Below the pieces are notes generated by a model. It worked only from the letters and a program-made list of their open reading frames with translations. It was not told the DNA's origin and made no database searches. The position numbers and the translations under genes are program-made. A stretch of 5,120 bases of DNA from the NCBI RefSeq assembly GCF_006345805.1, contig NW_021830345.1, forward strand, positions 1-5,120. Direction: 5' to 3'. Source of the DNA: Octopus sinensis (Eukaryota). This document shows positions 1 to 5,120 of the stretch, piece after piece. Numbering within the stretch: the stretch's first letter is position 1; every line of letters starts with the position of its first letter.

Positions 1-860
1 TAATATATTACGCAATTTATTACGCAATCTATTACATAATCTCAAGTACCCTCGTATCTTCACATCTTGGCACATCCCAAAATTGCATAATATATTACGA
101 ATTTATTACGCAATCAATTACATAATTTCAAGTACCCTCGTATCTTCGCATCAAGGGACCTCTCCAAATTACATAATATATTACGCAATTTATTACGCAA
201 TCTATTACATAATCTCAAATACCCTCGTATCTTCACATCTTGGCACATCCCAAAATTGCATAATATATTACGCAATTTATTACGCAATCTATTACATAAT
301 CTCAAGTACCCTCAGATCTTCACATCAAGGGACCTCTCCAAATTACATAATATATTACCTAATTTATTACGCAATCTATTACATAATCTCAAGTACCCTC
401 GTATCTTCACATCTTGGCACCTCCCAAAATTGCATAATATATTACGCAATTTATTACGCAATCTATTACATAATCTCAAGTTTTCTCATATTTCATATCT
501 TGGCACCTCCCGAAATGCATAATATATTACGCAATTTATTACGCAATCTATTACATAATCTCAAGTACCCTCGTATCTTTACATCTTGGCACCTCCCAAA
601 ATTGCATAATATATTACGCATTTATTACGCAATCTATTTCATAATCTCAAGTACCCTAATATACATAAATCTAGAGGACTTCACAAAATGCATATTATAT
701 TACGCAATATATGACGCATCTTTACATAATATCAAGTACCCTCGTATCACTAAATCTTGGAACTCCCCAAATAGCATTATATATTACGCAATTTATTACA
801 TAATTATTTAATAATCTCAAGTACCCTCATATACTTAAATCTAGAGACTTCCACAAATTA

Positions 861-2400
861 CATAATATTTTACCTAATTTATTACGCAATCTATTACATA
901 ATCTCAAGTTTTCTCATATCTTCATATCTGGCACCTCCCGAATTGCATAATATATTACGCAATTTATTACGCAATCTATTACATAATCTCAAGTACCTCG
1001 TATCTTCACATCTTGGCACCTCCCAAAATTGCATATTATATTACGCAATTTATTACGCATATATTACATAATCTCAAGTACCCTCGTATCTTCACATCTT
1101 GGCACTCCCAAAATTGCATATTATATTACGCAATTTATTACGCAATCTATTACATAATCTCAAGTACCCTCATATACATAAATCTAGAGACTTCACAAAT
1201 TAAATAATATATTACGCAATATATGACGCAATCTATTACATAATCTCAAGTACCCTCGTATCTTCACATCTTGGCACATCCCAAAATTGCAGCTATATTA
1301 CGAATTTATTACGGCAATCTATTACATAATCTCAAGACCCTCGTATTTTCACATCTTGGCACATCAAAATGCATAATATATTACGCAACTTATTACGCAA
1401 TCAATTACATAATTTCAAGTACCCTCGTATCTTCACATCTTGGCACATCATAAAATTGCATAATATATTACGCAACTTATACGCAATCAATTAACATAAT
1501 TTCAAGTACCCTCGTATCTTCACATCAAGGGACCTCTCCAATTACATAATATATTACGCAATTTATTACGCAATCTATTACATAATCTCAAGTACCCTCG
1601 TATTTTCACATCTTGGCACATCCCAAAATTGCATAATATATTACGAATTTATTACGCAATCAATTACATAATTTCAAGTACCCTCGTATCTTCGCATCAA
1701 GGACCTCTCCAAATACATAATATATTACGCAATTTATTACGCATCTATTACATAATCTCAAATACCCTCGTATCTTCACATCTTGGCACATCCAAAATTG
1801 CATAATATATTACGCAATTTATTACGCAATCTATTAATAATCTCAAGTACCCTCAGATCTTCACATCAAGGGACCTCTCCAATTACATAATATATTACCT
1901 AATTTATACGCAATCTATTACATAATCCAAGTACCCTCGTATTTTCACATCTTGGCACCTACCAAAATTGCATAATATATTACGCAATTTATTACGCAAT
2001 CTATTACATAATCTCAAGTACCCGCGTATCTTCACATCAAGGGACCTCTCCAAATTACATAATATATTACGCAATTTTTACGCAATCTATTACATATCTA
2101 AAGTACCCTCGTATCTTTACATCTTGGCACCTCCCAAAATTGCATAATATATTACGCCATTTATTACGCAATCTATTTTCATATCTCAAGTACCCTAATA
2201 TACATAAATCTAGAGACTTCCACAAATTGCATAATATATTACGCAATATATGACGCAATCTTTACATATCTCAAGTACCCTCGTATCACTAAATCTTGGG
2301 AACTCCCCAAATAGCTTATATATTACGCAATTTATTACATAATTTATTTAATAATCTCAAGTATTCTCATATACTTAAATCTAGAGACTTCCACAAATTA
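861..2400. repeat. One complete higher-order repeat unit of 18 monomers (~1540 bp) without the element at its start
   Basis: Diagnostic monomer variants recur in the same order: 86/1632/4000 (TTACGAATT...TTCGCATCAAGG), 172/1716/4086 (CAAATACC), 259/1801/4173 (CTCAGATCT), 605/2143/4516 (CCTAATATACATAAATCTAGAG), 691/2230/4602 (ATATGACG...CACTAAATCTTGG), 775/2315/4688 (TACTTAAATCTAGAG). Confidence 0.9.
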
Positions 2401-2406
2401 CATATA

Positions 2407-2411
2407 TATTA
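2407..2411 (+). other. Left copy of the 5-bp target-site duplication TATTA (right copy at 3313-3317; same left flank at 4780-4784)
   Basis: The uninterrupted monomer type reads CATAATA-TATTA-CCTAATTT. The filled site reads ...TATTA[TGTCAC...GTGACA]TATTA-CCTAATTT. The boundary is slightly ambiguous: ATGTCAC...GTGACAT with a 3-bp ATT duplication is also formally possible. Confidence 0.8.
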
Positions 2412-2451
2412 TGTCACATGCCTCAGGGATTACTATGCCCCACTCGTTACC
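2412..2451 (+). repeat. Left terminal inverted repeat of element copy 1
   Basis: TGTCAC ATGCCTCAGGGATTACT ATGCCCCACTCGTTACC; aligns with the reverse complement of 3272-3312 at 31 of 41 columns. Confidence 0.88.
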
Positions 2452-2950
2452 TCCGAATTATTTCTGAGAAATAATTATTAATGATTTTTTCAATTTTTTA
2501 GAAAAATTAATAATCAATCACAACGACATAAAATTCAACTATATATTAGTTTAATTAGAGTACATTTTATGATATACTAAAAGATGCTTTAAACAAATAA
2601 ATTAAAATAATATTTTTATACAAAACCATTTTGACTGATAAGCACATTAAAACATATTTTAAAAAATGTGAATTGTGTGAAACGCTTTAAAGGCACATAA
2701 TTTGATAGTTTTATAATTAACTCTAACCAGTTTTTAGTTTTATTTAAAACATTTTTTGAAATGTAAAAATAAATTTTAAAATCATCTGTAGATCTCTTAT
2801 AAAAAAACTCAAACTTTATCCAGTTTTTTAGTTTAAATCAGATATAGATCTGAAGTTTAAAACGAAAAATTAAATTTTGTCCTTTTTTTGATTCTTTTCA
2901 TGTGAACAATCTTTGTATCTCCATTCGAAAATTCTACTTTAAATTTTTTC

Positions 2951-3118
2951 AAACCTAACCGAAACAACCCTAACCCAATTTCCCTAACCTTAACGAAACT
3001 ATAACACCCAAACCCTAACCTTCACCCAAACCCTAACCTTCACCCAAACCCTAACCTTCACCCTAACCCTCACCTAAATACCTACACCTAACTATACCCT
3101 AACCTATACCATAACCAT
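2951..3118 (+). repeat. Degenerate telomere-like (CCCTAA)n tract inside the element (TTAGGG-like on the minus strand)
   Basis: Seven exact CCCTAA at 2968, 2982, 3013, 3031, 3049, 3061 and 3097, among variants such as CCCAAA, CCTTCA, CCTTAA, CCCTCA, CCTATA and CCATAA. Confidence 0.85.
3005..3058 (+). repeat. Three perfect copies of the 18-mer CACCCAAACCCTAACCTT
   Basis: 3005-3022, 3023-3040 and 3041-3058 are identical. Each is a trimer of hexamer variants (CCCAAA/CCCTAA/CCTTCA). Confidence 0.95.
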
Positions 3119-3271
3119 GAGATAAACAGCATGCTTAATTTATTGTTTTTTAATGATAATGGTTAAGCATGAAAAAATAAAAATCCATAATATTATTAAT
3201 TTTTAAATTAATAAGTAATATATTTCAATCATTTAAAATCTTTTAAATTGAATTTTAAAATTTAGAGCAAT

Positions 3272-3312
3272 GGTAAACGAGCGGGGCATGGTAACGAACA
3301 GGGCATGTGACA
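3272..3312 (-). repeat. Right terminal inverted repeat of element copy 1
   Basis: Reverse complement reads TGTCAC ATGCCCTGTTCGTTACC ATGCCCCGCTCGTTTACC. Confidence 0.88.
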
Positions 3313-4784
3313 TATTACCTAATTTATTACGCAATCTATTACATAATCTCAAGTTTTCTCATATCTTCATATCTTGGCACCTCCCGAAATTGCATAATAT
3401 ATTACGCAATTTATTACGCAATCTATTACATAATCTCAAGTACCCTCGTATCTTTACATCTTGGCACCTCCCAAAATTGCATAATATATTACGCAATTTA
3501 TTACGCAATCTATTTCATAATCTCAAGTACCCTAATATACATAAATCTAGAGACTTCCACAAATTGCATATTATATTACGCAATATATGACGCAATCTAT
3601 TACATAATCTCAAGTACCCTCGTATCTTCACATCTTGGCACATCCCAAAATTGCATAATATATTACGAATTTATTACGCAATCTATTACATAATCTCAAG
3701 ACCCTCGTATTTTCACATCTTGGCACATCATAAAATTGCATAATATATTACGCAACTTATTACGCAATCAATTACATAATTTCAAGTACCCTCGTATCTT
3801 CACATCTTGGCACATCATAAAATTGCATAATATATTACGCAACTTATTACGCAATCAATTACATAATTTCAAGTACCCTCGTATCTTCACATCAAGGGAC
3901 CTCTCCAAATTACATAATATATTACGCAATTTATGACGCAATCTATTACATAATCTCAAGTACCCTCGTATCTTCACATCTTGGCACATCCCAAAATTGC
4001 ATAATATATTACGAATTTATTACGCAATCAATTACATAATTTCAAGTACCCTCGTATCTTCGCATCAAGGGACCTCTCCAAATTACATAATATATTACGC
4101 AATTTATTACGCAATCTATTACATAATCTCAAATACCCTCGTATCTTCACATCTTGGCACATCCCAAAATTGCATATATATATTACGCAATTTATTACGC
4201 GCACTCTTTACATAATCTCAAGTACCCTCAGATCTTCACATCAAGGGACCTCTCCAATTACATAATATATTACCTATTTATTACGCAATCTATTACATAA
4301 TCTCAAGTACCCTCGTATTTTCACATCTTGGCACCTACAAAATTGCATAATATATTACGCAATTTATTACGCAATCTATACATAATCTCAAGTACCCTCG
4401 TATCTTCACATCAAGGGACCTCTCCAAATACATATATATTACGCAATTTATTACGCAATCTATTACATAATCTCAAGTACCCTCGTATCTTTACTTCTTG
4501 GCACCTCCCAAATTGCATAATATATTACGCAATTTATTACGCAATCTATTTCATAATCTCAAGTACCCTAATATACATAAATCTAGAGACTTCCACAATT
4601 GCATAATATATTACGCAATATATGACGCAATCTTTACATAATCTCAAGTACCCTCGTATCACTAAATCTTGGGAACTCCCCAAATAGCATTTATATTTAC
4701 GCAATTTATTAATAATTTATTTAATAATCTCAAGTACCCTCATATACTTAAATCTAGAGACTTCCACAATTACATAATATATTA
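3313..4784. repeat. Tandem satellite array 2: one HOR of 17 monomers between two element copies
   Basis: Remainder of the split monomer at 3313-3392, then monomer starts at 3393, 3480, 3567, 3654, 3739, 3826, 3913, 4000, 4086, 4173, 4261, 4346, 4431, 4516, 4602, 4688 and 4773 (12-nt partial). From 3567 onward the subtype order matches 1203-2411. Confidence 0.97.
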
Positions 4785-5120
4785 TGTCACATGCCTCAGG
4801 GACTACTATGCCCCACTCGTTACTCCGAATTATTCTGAGAAATAATGATTAATGTTTTTCAATTTTTTAGAAAAATTAATAATCAATCACAACGCATAAA
4901 ATTCAACCTAATATTAGTTTAATTAGAGTACAATTTAATGATATACTAAAAGATGCTTTAAACAAATAAATTAAAATAATATTTTTATACAACAAACCAT
5001 TTTGACTGATAAGCACATTAAAACTATTTAAAAATGTGAATTGTGTGAAACGCTTTAAAGGCACATAATTTGATAGTTTTATAATTAACTCTAACCAGTT
5101 TTTAGTTTTATTTAAAACAT
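4785..5120. mobile_element. Second copy of the TIR element, same orientation, truncated by the window edge
   Basis: Colinear with 2412-2752 at roughly 95% identity by eye, mostly single-base indels in homopolymers. Same left flank (TATTA|TGTCACATGCCTCAGGGA, following the same monomer subtype). Confidence 0.95.

Larger units (their letters stand above)
1..2411. repeat. Tandem satellite array 1, ~87-bp monomer, 28 monomers plus an 11-nt partial; continues off the left edge
   Basis: Consensus CATAATATATTACGCAATTTATTACGCAATCTATTACATAATCTCAAGTACCCTCGTATCTTCACATCTTGGCACATCCCAAAATTG (87 nt, ~33% GC, 22 C vs 7 G). Monomer starts read by eye: (first truncated), 86, 172, 259, 346, 433, 518, 605, 691, 775, 861, 946, 1032, 1117, 1203, 1290, 1372, 1459, 1545, 1632, 1716, 1801, 1886, 1971, 2058, 2143, 2230, 2315, 2401. 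Lengths are 82-87 nt. Confidence 0.98.
2412..3312. mobile_element. 901-bp non-autonomous TIR element (MITE-like) with TGT...ACA ends and a 5-bp TSD; Ginger-like DNA transposon derivative or, less likely, a solo LTR
   Basis: Begins TGTCACATGCC (2412-2422) and ends GGCATGTGACA (3302-3312), an exact 11-bp reverse complement. Imperfect inverted similarity extends to ~40 bp. Flanked by TATTA on both sides, and the satellite monomer resumes exactly where it was interrupted. Interior is very AT-rich with no transposase-like ORF. The family assignment is inference. Confidence 0.88.

Noticed and set aside
83-811. 242-aa ORF and the other satellite ORFs (LRNLLRNLLHNLK... and IIYYAIYYAIYY... peptides)
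   Set aside because: The monomer is 87 nt (29 codons) and two plus-strand frames happen to lack stops. The 4-residue periodicity simply mirrors the 12-bp sub-repeat. Frames switch at indels, including indels shared between HOR copies, most starts are TTG, and no domain is recognisable. The leucine-rich look is not an LRR or coiled-coil gene.
1-2411. CRISPR-like look (conserved ~48-bp part alternating with a variable ~39-bp part)
   Set aside because: The variable parts are homologous to one another, fall into about five classes and recur in HOR order. There are no unique spacers, no leader and no cas genes in the window.
2837-2853. Small hairpin TCAGAT-ATAG-ATCTGA, and the 9-bp inverted pair CATGCTTAA (3130-3138) / TTAAGCATG (3163-3171)
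   Set aside because: Short stems in very AT-rich DNA are expected by chance, and no second copy is available in the window to test conservation.
2951-3118. A true chromosome end or telomere-healing site
   Set aside because: The tract is short, degenerate and enclosed on both sides by element sequence within the TIRs.
2480-3260. AATAAA and TATA-like motifs in the element interior (possible LTR promoter or poly(A) signals)
   Set aside because: These are uninformative at this AT content, so no regulatory call can be supported.
3270-3590. ATG inside the right TIR reading out in frame into the satellite (106 aa)
   Set aside because: There is no evidence of a promoter or transcript. An open frame is expected by chance because two of three satellite frames are stop-free.
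1-4784. Baculovirus/nudivirus homologous-region (hr) origin or organellar control-region repeats
   Set aside because: There is no long central palindrome per unit and no flanking viral or organellar genes. HOR structure plus a TIR insertion fits a nuclear satellite better.
2412-5120. LTR-internal-LTR (TRIM/LARD-like) retroelement with the satellite as internal region
   Set aside because: No primer-binding site follows 3312 and no polypurine tract precedes 4785. Copy 1 has its own TATTA duplication, and the intervening DNA is a normal HOR that also exists without the element.

Overview
AT-rich, non-coding and probably eukaryotic repetitive DNA; no credible gene, RNA gene or CRISPR array. Most of the window (1-2411 and 3313-4784) is a head-to-tail ~87-bp satellite of about 45 monomers. 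The monomers fall into several subtypes ordered into a 17-18-monomer higher-order repeat (HOR, ~1.5 kb). A 901-bp non-coding element (2412-3312) is inserted in the satellite. It has TGT...ACA termini, ~40-bp imperfect terminal inverted repeats (a 6-bp tip plus two ~17-bp iterated motifs), a 5-bp TATTA target-site duplication and an internal degenerate (CCCTAA)n telomere-like tract. A second copy starts at 4785 at the identical nucleotide of the identical monomer, so the element appears to have been amplified as part of a ~2.37-kb composite unit. The equivalent HOR junction at 861-875 is empty. All listed ORFs are by-products of the 87-bp (29-codon) monomer. Scattered single-base indels suggest uncorrected or lightly polished long-read sequence. 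The host organism and element family cannot be determined from the sequence alone.
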